Below, piece by piece: positions 37,201 through 47,138 of a DNA stretch of 64,000 nucleotides. A program made the translations under genes and the position numbers. The stretch spans positions 256,001-320,000 of the forward strand of contig CAVXGK010000002.1 of NCBI GenBank assembly GCA_963761305.1, given 5' to 3'. Under the pieces are notes generated by a model. That model was given only the letters and a program-made list of their open reading frames with translations. It did no database searches and was not told where the DNA came from. The DNA is from an uncultured Gemmatimonadaceae bacterium. GTDB lineage: Bacteria > Gemmatimonadota > Gemmatimonadetes > Gemmatimonadales > Gemmatimonadaceae. Every line of letters starts with the position of its first letter. Positions within the stretch are counted from its first letter, which is position 1.

Positions 37201-37684
37201 CACCCCGCGCGACGAGGTCGAGCGCAAGGTCGAGCGCCGGCCCGGATGGTGGGCGCCGTCGCAGTGGTCCTTCCAACTCTTCGCCGAGCAGGCCGCGAAG
37301 CTGATCGCTGCCGGCGGCCGCGTCGGGTTCGGCAGCCACGGCCAGCTTCAAGGCCTCGGCGCCCAGTGGGAAATCTGGAACATCGCGTCCGGCGGGATGC
37401 CGCGATACGACGTCCTCCGCGTCGCGACGATCATCGGCGCGGAGGCGATTGGTCACGAGAAGGACGTAGGCTCCCTCGAGGCGGGGAAGCTCGCCGACTT
37501 GCAGGTGCTCGACAAAAACCCGCTCGACGACATCAAGAACACGAACACGATCAAGTACGTGATGAAGAACGGCCGCATGTACGACGCGAACACGATGGCC
37601 GAGGTGTGGCCGCGGCAAAAGCAGCTCGCGCACCTGTGGTGGTGGCCGAACGGCGCGCCCGGCAACGAGCAGGACAAGCACTAA
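34271..37684 (+). CDS. Exported TolB-like (PD40) repeat amidohydrolase
   Basis: Signal peptide; repeated SPDG motifs; PGYVDVHAH, GVTTTRDP, GSLEAGKLADL. Confidence 0.92.
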   Translation: MRRPIGLAASTALNGLLALALVALPATAQRGRGGGDSTTGRGLPFTPTHALKFTTDEGTWLSLDLSPDGNSIVFELLGDLYTLPVSGGKATRITSGQAYDAMPHYSPDGKEVVFVSDRSGSDNVWLANADGTNPRQITRDNNNTHFQSPTFTPDGKYIIVSQGNDLQMYFAHGGTGGFRLTGDTTAGRGGAAAGGGRGGAAPNVFLGPTVTKDGRYVYTAMRNSTGGGYNQTALGWQIGVLDRETGRIFTKTNEVGSGMRPELSPDGRWLAFATRNGADESLVLKELASGDQRILLPKVQRDDQESRANRDVFPTYAFTPDSKSIIIGHHGHFWRADVATGKETMIPFTADVDQMIAGPQHFQYAYNDTSMVVRQVRDVKPSPDGKRLAFVALDRVWTMDLPNGTPKRLTENDGIGQFQPAWSPDGQYIAYVTWNDVDGGTVSRTRADGSGRPEKLTSKPAYYEKPAYSNDGQRIVVGRGPRNMHKDLREDERPPAAAIGVELVWLPGTGGNETVIAPISNFGRPHFVTSDPDHVYFAEGTQLVSMRWDGTDQKTILRSAGGGGRGGGGGGGGAGEMMMSPDGSKVLVQVEDQGGPRVYLIEDVPRAPNGAAINSTNPAQSEVPVRKVTGIGGEFATWAADGRHIYYALGHSLFTYDLNAADAAVRDSTAQAAARLAQADSAAGGAPGGGRGGRGGAPARPIYEATRFDVAITVKKDRPSGTVVLRGARILTMKGSEVIPKGDIVVKDNRIVAIGPQGKVQIPSGAKEYDVSGKTILPGYVDVHAHIWPAFNIHRSQPWEYLVNLAYGVTTTRDPQTSTTDVLSYSDMVEAGEFIGPRIYATGPGVFQQTNIRTIEEARDVLKKYSEFYNTETIKQYMSGDRRTRQLIIMAAREQGLTPTLEGGLDFKKNMTEAMDGYMGSEHTLPIAPLYKDVLTLLKESGTTWTPTLIVQYGGPWAENYWYEHSDVASDQKLRRFTPRDEVERKVERRPGWWAPSQWSFQLFAEQAAKLIAAGGRVGFGSHGQLQGLGAQWEIWNIASGGMPRYDVLRVATIIGAEAIGHEKDVGSLEAGKLADLQVLDKNPLDDIKNTNTIKYVMKNGRMYDANTMAEVWPRQKQLAHLWWWPNGAPGNEQDKH

Positions 37685-38373
37685 GGTTCGGGCAGCAGGT
37701 CGCAGTAGGCGAACCGATCATCGCGCAACACGACGTCGCCGATCGCATATGCGATCGGCGCGTCGAAGATCGGGCCGTTCGACACGAACGTGTGGAACTC
37801 GCCGCGCTCACCGCACGGATCCACGCTCGCCGGCAGATCAACGAGCAGCGCACGATCGAACGCGCGGCCGGCGAACGACGCATCGAGCTGCGTCGTGTCG
37901 ACGCACACCAGCCGCGCCTCGAAGCCGCGGTCGACGAACGATTCGGCGAGGGCGCGGGTCGGCATTCCCCAGAGTGGAAACGAACCGGCGAAACCGAGCG
38001 GGCCGAGTCTCGCTTCGCGGTAGCGGCGAACGTCCTCGAGAAACAGGTCGCCGTAGGTGATCGTTGAGAGCTCGGGATGGAGCCGACGGAGCGCGGCGAG
38101 CGAGCCCGCCATCGCGGCATCGTATTGTTCGTTGGAGCTCTTCGCCTCGAGAACGATCTCGTGCAGCGGAATGCCGATGGACTTCGCCTGGGCGTGGAGG
38201 AGCGAACGTCGCACGCCGTGGATGCTGATGCGATCGTACCCGCGCGTCACCGACGTGAGCAACCCGACGACGTCGACCGACGGATCGGCGCGGAGAGCCG
38301 CCAGCGTCAGCGCGCTGTCCTTGCCGCCGCTCCAACTGAGCGCGACGGAGATTGGTGAGGCGGGGGCGGTCAC
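37681..38373 (-). CDS. PP-loop ATP pyrophosphatase (Dph6/MJ0570-like)
   Basis: SWSGGKDS, GDLFLEDVRRYRE, DPCGERGEFHTFV. Confidence 0.9.
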   Translation of the reverse strand: MTAPASPISVALSWSGGKDSALTLAALRADPSVDVVGLLTSVTRGYDRISIHGVRRSLLHAQAKSIGIPLHEIVLEAKSSNEQYDAAMAGSLAALRRLHPELSTITYGDLFLEDVRRYREARLGPLGFAGSFPLWGMPTRALAESFVDRGFEARLVCVDTTQLDASFAGRAFDRALLVDLPASVDPCGERGEFHTFVSNGPIFDAPIAYAIGDVVLRDDRFAYCDLLPEP

Positions 38374-38453
38374 GGCGCAAAATTTACGCGGTGGGCGTCC
38401 GACGTTGGTCACCGCGGCGTGCCCGGCCTATAGATTGGCTGCGTCGTCATCGG

Positions 38454-40559
38454 ATGATCATCGTGCGGCATCGGTCGAGGGTTGCAGTCGTGGTTGCGTC
38501 ATTGGCCGTCGGACGCGTCGCCGCGGCGCAGGATTCGCTGCCGCGCAAGCTGCCGCCCGTCGTCACCGTAACGCGCGACGTCGGTCGCTCGCCGCTGGAC
38601 CTGCCGTACGGCATCGCGAGCCTGCGGCCCGACTCGCTGGCGCCCGGGCAAATGCACATGAACGTCGATCAGACGTTGTCGTTGCTCCCCGGCGTCACCG
38701 TCGCCAACCGCACGAACCCCTCGCAAGACACGCGCATCTCGATCCGCGGCTTCGGCGCGCGGTCGCAGTTCGGCGCGCGGAGCATTCGCATCCTCCGCGA
38801 CGGCATGCCGCTCACGCTGCCCGACGGCCAGACGCCCATCGACTATCTCGACCTCGAGGCCGTGGATCGCGTCGAGGTGATTCGCGGCGCGGCCGCGGCG
38901 CTCTACGGCAACGCCGCGGGCGGCGTCATCGACCTGCGATCCGGTCCGCCGCCCGACACGCCGTTCGCCGCCCAACTGCGCTCGTGGAACGGCGGCTCGG
39001 GCCTGCGGCGCTACTCGGGTCTCTTCGGCGGCGAGAGCGGCCCGTTCGCCTACGAGGGCAACATCGGCCACACACAGACCGACGGCTACCGCGACTTCTC
39101 GCAGCAAAAGCTCACCAACGCCTTCATCCACAGCACCGCGCAATTAGGAAACACGCAACTCGGCTTCACGGGCATGGGCATTGACGAGCCCGTGGCGCTG
39201 AATCCCGGCCAGTTGACGCGCGCGCAAGCCGACAGTGGTCCGGCGCAGGCCGACGCGCAGTCGGTTCTCAAGAAGGCTCGTAAGACCGTGCATCAGGTGC
39301 AGCTCGGCGTGTCGGCGACCCGTCCCATCGGCTCGGACGGTGAACTGACCGGCCAGGTCTACGGCGGCACGCGCGCCCTCTACAATCCGCAGACGTTCGC
39401 CGTCGTGCGGGTCGATCGGCACCAACAGGGAGCGGGCGCGCGGCTCACGCTCCCGTGGCAGGTCGACGGCGTCGAGAATCGCTTCAGCGTCGGCGCGGAC
39501 GCGCAGTGGCTCAGCGACCTCAGAAAGAATTGGGCGAACTGCAACGGCGTGACGGCCATCAGCACGACCTGCCCGGTGCTGCCGATCGAGAAAGGCGCCC
39601 TCTCGCTCGATCAGCGCGAGCGCGTCTCGAGCCTCGGACCGTACGTGCGCGACGAACTCGAGCTGGGTCAGTTCCGCGGCAGCGTCGGCGTGCGCGCCGA
39701 TCAAGTCACCTTCGACCTCGCCGATCACTACCTCGGCGATGGGCACGACGATTCGGGCGAGCGCACCATGGGTGCGGTCAGCCCGATGCTCGGCGCCGCG
39801 TGGCGCGTGTCGCCGCTGCACTCGCTCTATGCGAGCGTCGGCTCGGCGTTCGAGACGCCGACGACGACGGAGCTCGGCAATCATGCCGACGGGTCGGCCG
39901 GGCTCAATCCCGATCTCAAGCCGCAGTTCTCGACGACCTACGAAGTCGGCGCGAAAGGGCTCGGGTTGAGCCGAGTGCAGTACGACTTCTCGCTCTTCAA
40001 CACCGAAGTGCGCGACGAGCTGATCCCGTTTCAGATTCCCAACGGCAACGGACGCACGTACTACGAAAACGCGGGCCGCACGCGCCGTCAGGGGGCGGAG
40101 GTCGCGCTCGGCGCGGACGTCGGCCCCGTGACGCTGACCACGTCGTACGCCTACTCGCACTTCCGTTTTCGTGATTTCGTGAGCGGCGGCGTGCAGCTCG
40201 CCGGAAAGGCGATTCCGGGAATTCCTGAAGAGCAGTGGCAAGCGGCCGCGACGTGGCACCTTCCGCGCGCGTTCGTCGTGGCCGACGTGGAGTCGAAGAG
40301 CCAGGTGTTCGTGAACGACGCGAATCAGGCCGCCGCGCCGTCGTTCGCCGTCGTCGACGCGCGGATCGTCGGCCTCGCGGCGTTCGGCAAGCCGTGGCTC
40401 TCGCCCGTCGTCGGCGTGCAGAATCTGTTCGACAAGCAGTACATCGGATCCGTCGCCATCAACGCGACCGGTGCGACCCTCGCCGCGACGAAATTCTACG
40501 AGCCGTCGCCGCGTCGCACGTGGATGATCGGCCTCAGCGCGGCGACGAATCCCTGGTGA
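38454..40559 (+). CDS. TonB-dependent receptor, YncD/PqqU-like
   Basis: QDTRISIRGFGARSQFG..DGMPLTLPDGQ; AFETPTTTEL; C-terminal YEPSPRR. Confidence 0.85.
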   Translation: MIIVRHRSRVAVVVASLAVGRVAAAQDSLPRKLPPVVTVTRDVGRSPLDLPYGIASLRPDSLAPGQMHMNVDQTLSLLPGVTVANRTNPSQDTRISIRGFGARSQFGARSIRILRDGMPLTLPDGQTPIDYLDLEAVDRVEVIRGAAAALYGNAAGGVIDLRSGPPPDTPFAAQLRSWNGGSGLRRYSGLFGGESGPFAYEGNIGHTQTDGYRDFSQQKLTNAFIHSTAQLGNTQLGFTGMGIDEPVALNPGQLTRAQADSGPAQADAQSVLKKARKTVHQVQLGVSATRPIGSDGELTGQVYGGTRALYNPQTFAVVRVDRHQQGAGARLTLPWQVDGVENRFSVGADAQWLSDLRKNWANCNGVTAISTTCPVLPIEKGALSLDQRERVSSLGPYVRDELELGQFRGSVGVRADQVTFDLADHYLGDGHDDSGERTMGAVSPMLGAAWRVSPLHSLYASVGSAFETPTTTELGNHADGSAGLNPDLKPQFSTTYEVGAKGLGLSRVQYDFSLFNTEVRDELIPFQIPNGNGRTYYENAGRTRRQGAEVALGADVGPVTLTTSYAYSHFRFRDFVSGGVQLAGKAIPGIPEEQWQAAATWHLPRAFVVADVESKSQVFVNDANQAAAPSFAVVDARIVGLAAFGKPWLSPVVGVQNLFDKQYIGSVAINATGATLAATKFYEPSPRRTWMIGLSAATNPW

Positions 40560-42144
40560 CGGTGGCCGGCGGGATGTACCACAACCGCATCGACGGTCCG
40601 ATGCGCGCCACCGCCGGATAGTCGAGAAGCCAATCATAGGCGTGGCCGACCCATTCGCCGGCGAGATACGTCTCGCTCGCCGCGATCCATCCACTCGCGC
40701 GCTCGTGCAATCCGAGGATCCGCGCGTTCGGAACGCCCGCGGCGGAGACGTCGGCCGTGCCGAAGTACGCCACGAGCACCGAATCGCGAACGTGTCGCGC
40801 GGCGAGCGTGTCGCGCAGACGATAGAGATCCTGCCCCCAATCCAGATTGCTGTCGACGAGCACGTGCTCGGGATGATCGCCGGCCAGCGCGTTGAAGTAG
40901 GACAGATGGTCGGGATGCGCGCGCACCACGATCGCCAACGACCAGGCGAGCAACGCGGCGACCGTGGCCCGCGGCGCGAGGGTGGTGGCGTCGGACCACA
41001 ATCGCATCGCGCCCTGCGCCGCGACGATCGCCAGTAGAGGGTACATCGGCAGAATCAGGCGCACGCCGAGGTCGACGCGGACCTTCATGCTGACGGCGAG
41101 GATGGTGAGCGCGGCGACGACCGGAACGGCGGTGCGCCAGTCGCGCCGCGAGGCGACGTCCTTGAGCGCGACGGCCGCACCGGCGATCGACAGCAGCAGG
41201 AGCGGGATCGGCGTCTTCACGACGAGGGCGACGGGGAAGTAGTACCACCACCCGTGACTCGCCGGTGTGCCGAGCAGGTAGCTCGGATGTCCGGAGCTGC
41301 CGTGCAACAGGAAGTCGTTCACGCCGGCCAGGAACGCCGGAGCCGGCACGCTCACGCCACCCGGATGCATCGGCCCGATCGCAAATCGATAGATCGCCCA
41401 GATGATGACGAGGCAGAGCGCGCCGCTCGCGGCTATCTGAACCGTCAGCGGCGGCTGGCCCGACGCGCGTTGGATCGACGCGCGCCGAGTGACCCATGTG
41501 TGCAGCACGTAGCACGCGGTGAGCGACGCGCCGATGAAGGCCAGCGCCGACAACCGGCTGCCGACCGCGAGTCCCGCGCCGGCGCCGAACGCCAGCGCGC
41601 GACCGAGGGAGGGAGCGTCGACCCAGCGCGCCGCGAGAAAGAGCGCGAGCGTCATCGTGGCGGCGCAGGCGATGTCGGTCGTCGCGAGCCCGGCGTGGGC
41701 GAGGATGTTGGGATTCGCGACCAACAACAGCGTCGCCACCGCGGCGCCCGTGTCGCCGACGAGACTTCGTGCCCACAGCCACACCACGAGCGCCAGCAGG
41801 ACGAAGAACACCAATTCGCCGTGGCGCGCGCTCGCCAGCATGTCGGCGTAGCGCGACCCTGACCCGAGGATCTGCGCGCCCTCGTCGTAGATGGCGGCGT
41901 TGCCCGTAGACCGCAGGCCGTGCGCGAACGGTCCGAGGGCAGCGGCGATTCGTCCGAGCGGCGGGTGTTGCAGGTCGTACGTGTAGTCGCCGGTGCTCAA
42001 CCACTGCATGCCGGCGGCCAGATGCGCGGGTTCGTCCACCGTGCCGCTGAACACACGCGCCGTCGACGCGACGGCGATCGTCGCGGCGACGAGCATGGCC
42101 AGCGACGCGGCAGCCCACGCGCGCGGAGGTGCGACTGTGCTCAT
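40534..42144 (-). CDS. GT-C glycosyltransferase (GT39/ArnT-like)
   Basis: TVDEPAH, HPPLG, AHAGLATTD, DSNLDWGQD; many TMs. Confidence 0.85.
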   Translation of the reverse strand: MSTVAPPRAWAAASLAMLVAATIAVASTARVFSGTVDEPAHLAAGMQWLSTGDYTYDLQHPPLGRIAAALGPFAHGLRSTGNAAIYDEGAQILGSGSRYADMLASARHGELVFFVLLALVVWLWARSLVGDTGAAVATLLLVANPNILAHAGLATTDIACAATMTLALFLAARWVDAPSLGRALAFGAGAGLAVGSRLSALAFIGASLTACYVLHTWVTRRASIQRASGQPPLTVQIAASGALCLVIIWAIYRFAIGPMHPGGVSVPAPAFLAGVNDFLLHGSSGHPSYLLGTPASHGWWYYFPVALVVKTPIPLLLLSIAGAAVALKDVASRRDWRTAVPVVAALTILAVSMKVRVDLGVRLILPMYPLLAIVAAQGAMRLWSDATTLAPRATVAALLAWSLAIVVRAHPDHLSYFNALAGDHPEHVLVDSNLDWGQDLYRLRDTLAARHVRDSVLVAYFGTADVSAAGVPNARILGLHERASGWIAASETYLAGEWVGHAYDWLLDYPAVARIGPSMRLWYIPPATVTRDSSPR

Positions 42145-42217
42145 TCTGCTTGAGAGGACGATTTACTGGCCGTACGTTTCACCGCCCGGGTCCCTTCCGC
42201 CCACCCTTCGCTGACGC

Positions 42218-43084
42218 ATGGACCCAGAGACGATCGAGATTCGGCCGCTCGCCGTGCCCGACGAGTTCCAGGCGTGCGTCGAGCTCCAGTGCGAGACCTG
42301 GGGCGAAAGCTTCAGCGACGTCGTGCCCGCCAGCATCCTCAAAGTGTCCCAGCGGGTCGGCGGCGTCGCCCTCGGCGCGTTCGGCCCGGAGCGGCGGCTC
42401 GTCGGCTTCGTGTTCGGGCTCACCGGCGTCGAAACCGGCGGCCGGATCGTGCACTGGTCCGACATGCTCGCCGTGCGCCCCGAAGCACGGAACATCGGCG
42501 TCGGCCGGCGGCTCAAGGAAGAACAGCGAAAGATGGTGCGCGAGCTCGGCGGGGACGTGATCTACTGGACCTTCGATCCGCTCGTCGGACGCAATGCGCA
42601 CCTCAACCTGAATCGGCTCGGCGTGCGGATCAGCGAATACGTGGTGGACATGTACGGCATCACCGACGCGACGCTGCACGGTGGCGTGGCCACCGACCGC
42701 CTCATCGTCGCCTGGCCCACGCACGACGACGAGATCGCCGAGCGTCTTTCCGAGTCCGAGCGCGCGCTCTCGTCGCTCGATTGTTGTCAGTCGCCGATCG
42801 TGACGAGCGAATGGATCGCCGAGGTCACCGGCGCGACGATCCTTCCGCACTGCGTGCGAGTCGAGATTCCCGCGGACGGCGAGTCGCTGTTGCTCACGGG
42901 CTCTCCCGAAGCCGCGCGGTGGCGCATGTCGGTTCGCGAAGGCATGCGTTGGGGCTTCACGTCGGGCTACACGGTCAGTGCTTTTCTCTCGGTCAACGGC
43001 GACGCGGGCGAGGGACACGGCTTCTACATGCTGTCCAAGACGGCGCGCACCCTCGGCGCGTCGGGCGCCGGCGGGAGCCGGTGA
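42218..43084 (+). CDS. GNAT acyltransferase (COG3375-like)
   Basis: SDMLAVRPE..GVGRRLKEEQ, WTFDPL..NAHLN..LG, TDRLIVAW. Confidence 0.85.
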   Translation: MDPETIEIRPLAVPDEFQACVELQCETWGESFSDVVPASILKVSQRVGGVALGAFGPERRLVGFVFGLTGVETGGRIVHWSDMLAVRPEARNIGVGRRLKEEQRKMVRELGGDVIYWTFDPLVGRNAHLNLNRLGVRISEYVVDMYGITDATLHGGVATDRLIVAWPTHDDEIAERLSESERALSSLDCCQSPIVTSEWIAEVTGATILPHCVRVEIPADGESLLLTGSPEAARWRMSVREGMRWGFTSGYTVSAFLSVNGDAGEGHGFYMLSKTARTLGASGAGGSR

Positions 43085-43088
43085 GCGA

Positions 43089-44273
43089 ATGACGATCCCA
43101 GCATCAGTCGCGCGACAGTTCAGCGACGCGTTGCGCGACCGGCTCGTCGCGCTTCGACGCGACATTCATCAGCACCCGGAACTCTCGTTTCACGAGCGAG
43201 AGACGACGGCCCGCCTTCTGGCGGCGCTCGCCGAGCTCGGCGTGACCGACGTGCGACGCGTTGGCGAGACGGGCGCCGTCGTGCGCGTTCCGGGGCGCTC
43301 GCGTTCGGCGCCGGTCGTCGCGCTGCGCGGCGACATCGACGCGCTGCCGATTCAGGAGGCGACGAATCTGCCGTTCGCGTCGACGGTGCCGGGTGTGATG
43401 CACGCCTGCGGTCACGACGTGCACGCGTCGTGGGCCGTCGGCGCCGCGGCGCTGCTCGCCGCGAACCCGGCCGAGGGCGACGTGCTCGTCGTCCTGCAGC
43501 CGGCGGAGGAAACGGGCCGGGGCGCGCTGGTCGTGCTCGAGAGCGGCGCGCTCGACGGCGCGCGCGCGATCTTCGGCGGCCACGTCGACCGCCGGTTCGA
43601 CGTCGGTCAGGTCGTGGCCGACGACGGACCGCTCGCCGCCTCCGCCGACACGTTCACGATCGAGCTGCTCGGCGCCGCGGCCCACGCGGCGCGGCCGCAC
43701 GAGGCGCGCGATCCGATCGTCGCGCTCGCCTCGGTCGTGACGGCGCTCCAGTCGATCGTCTCTCGCCGCTTGAATCCCGCGACACCCGGGGTGATCACGG
43801 TGGGAACAATTGCCGCCGGAGCGGCTTCCAACATCATCCCCGACCGCGCCACGGCCACGGGAACGATCCGCGCCGTGGAGCCCGAGTCGCGGTCGCTCAT
43901 GCACGCCGAGCTGCGGCGTGTGACGGAGTCGGTCGCCTCAGGGTTGGGTGTGGAGGCGCGTGTCACCATCGATCGCGGCCCGCCGCCGGTAGTGAATCCC
44001 GCCGAGCAAGCGGGATGGGCGCGCGAGGCTGCGTCGTCGCTGCTGGGCCGAGAGAACGTCGTGCCGCTCGGCTTCTTGAACCTGGCGGGCGAGGATTTCT
44101 CGAACTACATGGAGCGAATTCCCGGTTGTTTCCTGCGCATTGGCGCCCGCGAGCCCGGCGGGCCAATGATCCCCGCCCACTCGCCGGCCTTCGCCCCGGC
44201 GGAGGATTGTCTTTTCGTGGGCGCGGCCGTCCTGGCCGAGTGCGCACGGGTCGCGTCGCGGTCCCTTCAATAA
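43089..44273 (+). CDS. M20D amidohydrolase
   Basis: RRDIHQHPELS, LRGDIDALP, MHACGHD, QPAEE, GEDFS. Confidence 0.93.
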   Translation: MTIPASVARQFSDALRDRLVALRRDIHQHPELSFHERETTARLLAALAELGVTDVRRVGETGAVVRVPGRSRSAPVVALRGDIDALPIQEATNLPFASTVPGVMHACGHDVHASWAVGAAALLAANPAEGDVLVVLQPAEETGRGALVVLESGALDGARAIFGGHVDRRFDVGQVVADDGPLAASADTFTIELLGAAAHAARPHEARDPIVALASVVTALQSIVSRRLNPATPGVITVGTIAAGAASNIIPDRATATGTIRAVEPESRSLMHAELRRVTESVASGLGVEARVTIDRGPPPVVNPAEQAGWAREAASSLLGRENVVPLGFLNLAGEDFSNYMERIPGCFLRIGAREPGGPMIPAHSPAFAPAEDCLFVGAAVLAECARVASRSLQ

Positions 44274-44284
44274 ATTCGTTGATC

Positions 44285-46570
44285 GTGAAAAAGACGTGTC
44301 GACGGCTCGTGTTGCTTGCGGCCGCCCCGCTGGCGCTCGCCTGTGGCGGCGATTCGACGTCGCCATCGGTCGGGCCGCCGGCCCACCTGGTGGCGCTGGC
44401 CGATCTCAATCGCACGGCTGTTGTCGGCACGACGATTACCGCCGGACTGGTCGTGTCGGTGACGGATGCATCGGGGCACGCAGTGACGGGAGCGTCGGTG
44501 GCGTTCGCGGTGACCGGCGGCAACGGGTCGACGACTCCCCGCATCGCGACGACCGGCGCAAACGGACAGGCGACGGCGGCGTGGACGCTCGGCACGATCG
44601 CCGGCGACAACGTGATCACGGCCAGCGTGAGCGGCGTGACGACGAACGTGACCTTCCACGCGATGGGCACACCCGGACCGACGTCGACGTTGGCGCTTTC
44701 GCCGCCGAGTCTGCGACTGCCGGTGAATTTGGACTCGGCCAGAATCACGGCGGCGAGTCTCGATTCATTCGGCAACGCCACGTCGCCCGCGCCGGTGCTG
44801 GCGCCGCGCGATCCGACGCTGATCAGCATCGACGCGACGGGACTCGTTCGCGCGCTGCGGCGCGGCGCTTCGACGTACGTCGTCGCGACGTCCGGCGCGA
44901 AGACGGACAGCGTGTTGGTCACCGTCCTCGCGCCCGGCCAATCGATTTGCACGGGTGCGGCGGCGCCGGTCGATCTTGCCGTCGGCCAGACGTTCACCGA
45001 GGTGTCGGGCCAGGGCTTCTGTGTTCACTCATCCAGCGCGAGCACCGAGTACGCGATCATCCCGTACTACAACTCGGGAGTCGCCAGCGCGACGACGGTG
45101 GTGGAAGTGAAAGGCCAGGGGATCTCGCCGCTCTCTCTGCCGACGTCCGACGTCTTCAGCGCGGCGCGACCGCCGGCGCAACGGTCGGTTCAACAGCCGC
45201 CGATCCGCATCGACCACACGTTCGAGAATCGGCTGCGGCAGCGCGAGCGCGCCGAAGCGACGAGGCGACTCGGGAATCGGGGTGGCTGGCGCGCGAGCCT
45301 CGAGGCGGCGCGCGCGACGAGCGCGGCGGCCACCGTCCCGTCGGTCGGCGACTTGATTCAACTGAACGCCAACGCGAACGACTTCTGCGACAATCCGCAG
45401 CCGAGAACCGCCCGCGTCGCCGCGGTCACCGCCAACGCGATCGTCGTCGCCGACACGAGCAACCCCACGGGCGGATTCACCGACGACGAGTACAAATCGA
45501 TCGGCGTGACGTTCGACACGCTGATCGACCCGGTCGATCGCGGCGCGTTCGGCGCGCCGAGCGACATCGACGGCAACGGACGCGTGATCCTGTTCTTCAC
45601 ACGCGCCGTGAACGAGCTGACGTCGATGGGCGCGACCAGCGTCACCCTCGGTTTCTTCTTTGCGCGCGACCTGTACCCGAAGACGGTGGCGCCCGGCCCG
45701 TGCCCCGGCAGCAACTTCGCCGAGATGTTCTATCTTCTCGTGCCGGATACCGCCGGCGTCGTCAACGGCAACGTGCGATCGAAATCGCTGGTGCAGACGC
45801 TGACGAATGGAACCGTGGCGCACGAATACCAGCATCTGATCAACGCGTCGCGCCGGATGTACGTGAACGGCGTGGGGACGGCGTTCGAGGAGCGCTGGCT
45901 GGATGAAGGGCTCGCGCACTCCGCCGAGGAGCTCAATTTCTACGCGTCGGCGAAGCGAACGCCGCGGTCCAACATCGACATCACCGCGTTCAAGGATCCC
46001 TCGTTCACGAGCGCATATTCCACGTTCGCGATGAACAATTTCCTCCGCTATAGCGTGTACCTCGGTACACCCGAGACGCAGGCCCCCATCGGCTTCGACG
46101 CCGACGATGACGACCTGGCGACCCGCGGAGCGATCTGGAACTTCCTCCGCTATTCCGCCGACCATCTGCCGGCCGGCACCGAGAACACGTTCTGGTTCAA
46201 CCTCGTGAATTCGAAGACCAGCGGAATGGCGAACCTGACGAACGTGCTCGGGATGTCGCCGGCCGGGATGCTGCACGACTGGGCGATCTCCGTCTTCCTC
46301 GACGACAACGCGCCGAACGTCGACCCGCGATTCCTCCAGCCGTCGTGGAACTCGCGGAGCATCTTGACCGGCGGTGGTACGTCCACGCCGTTCCCCCTCC
46401 TGACGCACACCCTGTCCGACAACGTGCAGGTGAGCTTGAACATGGTGGGTTTTGGCGTTTCCTTCTTGCGTTTTTCGGTGGCGAATGGCCAAGATGCATT
46501 GCTGACCGTGACGTCCAACGGCCAGCCGCTGCCGCCGACGATGCAGCTGTCGGTCGTTCGGGTGCGCTAG
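44285..46570 (+). CDS. Lipoprotein with Ig-like (Big) domains and M30-like zinc peptidase domain
   Basis: GTG start; LALA-C lipobox; Thr-rich Big repeats; SDIDGNG, HEYQHLI, WLDEGLA. Confidence 0.82.
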   Translation: MKKTCRRLVLLAAAPLALACGGDSTSPSVGPPAHLVALADLNRTAVVGTTITAGLVVSVTDASGHAVTGASVAFAVTGGNGSTTPRIATTGANGQATAAWTLGTIAGDNVITASVSGVTTNVTFHAMGTPGPTSTLALSPPSLRLPVNLDSARITAASLDSFGNATSPAPVLAPRDPTLISIDATGLVRALRRGASTYVVATSGAKTDSVLVTVLAPGQSICTGAAAPVDLAVGQTFTEVSGQGFCVHSSSASTEYAIIPYYNSGVASATTVVEVKGQGISPLSLPTSDVFSAARPPAQRSVQQPPIRIDHTFENRLRQRERAEATRRLGNRGGWRASLEAARATSAAATVPSVGDLIQLNANANDFCDNPQPRTARVAAVTANAIVVADTSNPTGGFTDDEYKSIGVTFDTLIDPVDRGAFGAPSDIDGNGRVILFFTRAVNELTSMGATSVTLGFFFARDLYPKTVAPGPCPGSNFAEMFYLLVPDTAGVVNGNVRSKSLVQTLTNGTVAHEYQHLINASRRMYVNGVGTAFEERWLDEGLAHSAEELNFYASAKRTPRSNIDITAFKDPSFTSAYSTFAMNNFLRYSVYLGTPETQAPIGFDADDDDLATRGAIWNFLRYSADHLPAGTENTFWFNLVNSKTSGMANLTNVLGMSPAGMLHDWAISVFLDDNAPNVDPRFLQPSWNSRSILTGGGTSTPFPLLTHTLSDNVQVSLNMVGFGVSFLRFSVANGQDALLTVTSNGQPLPPTMQLSVVRVR

Positions 46571-46635
46571 GTGCGGGATTCGCGCACGGCGTGAATGGCC
46601 GGACGAAGCATTGAAACTCTGCCGAGAGAAACCGT

Positions 46636-47103
46636 ATGCGACGTCTCTTGATGCTCCTTGCCGTGGCGGGCCTGACGGCCTGCAATCTGGATGTGCCGCA
46701 GGACGCCGCCAACAATGCTCCGGACGTGCCGAGCCAACCCGATACGGAAACGTTCGCCGCGAACCTGAACATCAACATCTCCCAGATGACCAAGACGGCG
46801 GCGGGCGACTACTACAAGGATCTGCGACAAGGGTCCGGTGCGACCCTCACCACACCGCGAATCGTCGTCTTCAGCTACCGGACGTTCCTCAAGACAGGCG
46901 TCATCGTGGATCAGGCTGTGAGCTTGCAACAGGACCTGAACCAGGTCGTGCGCGGGCTTCAGGACGGGATGATTGGGATGGTGGAGGGCGGCGAACGGGT
47001 AGTCGTCGTCCCTTCCGAATTGGCGTTCGGTCAATTGGGTAAGCCGCCGATCCCGCCCAACGCGACGCTCGTGTTCGACGTGGTGCTGAACACAATTCCG
47101 TAG
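46636..47103 (+). CDS. FKBP-type peptidyl-prolyl isomerase lipoprotein
   Basis: LTA-C lipobox; GMVEGGER..PSELAFG..IPPNATLVFDV. Confidence 0.9.
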   Translation: MRRLLMLLAVAGLTACNLDVPQDAANNAPDVPSQPDTETFAANLNINISQMTKTAAGDYYKDLRQGSGATLTTPRIVVFSYRTFLKTGVIVDQAVSLQQDLNQVVRGLQDGMIGMVEGGERVVVVPSELAFGQLGKPPIPPNATLVFDVVLNTIP

Positions 47104-47138
47104 CTCGCCGTTTCGCCTCGCCCACACGGAGAATCTCG

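Noticed and set aside
43430..46570. 1046-aa ORF
   Set aside because: The first ~285 aa are an off-frame overlap of the M20 gene; the lipoprotein starts at GTG 44285
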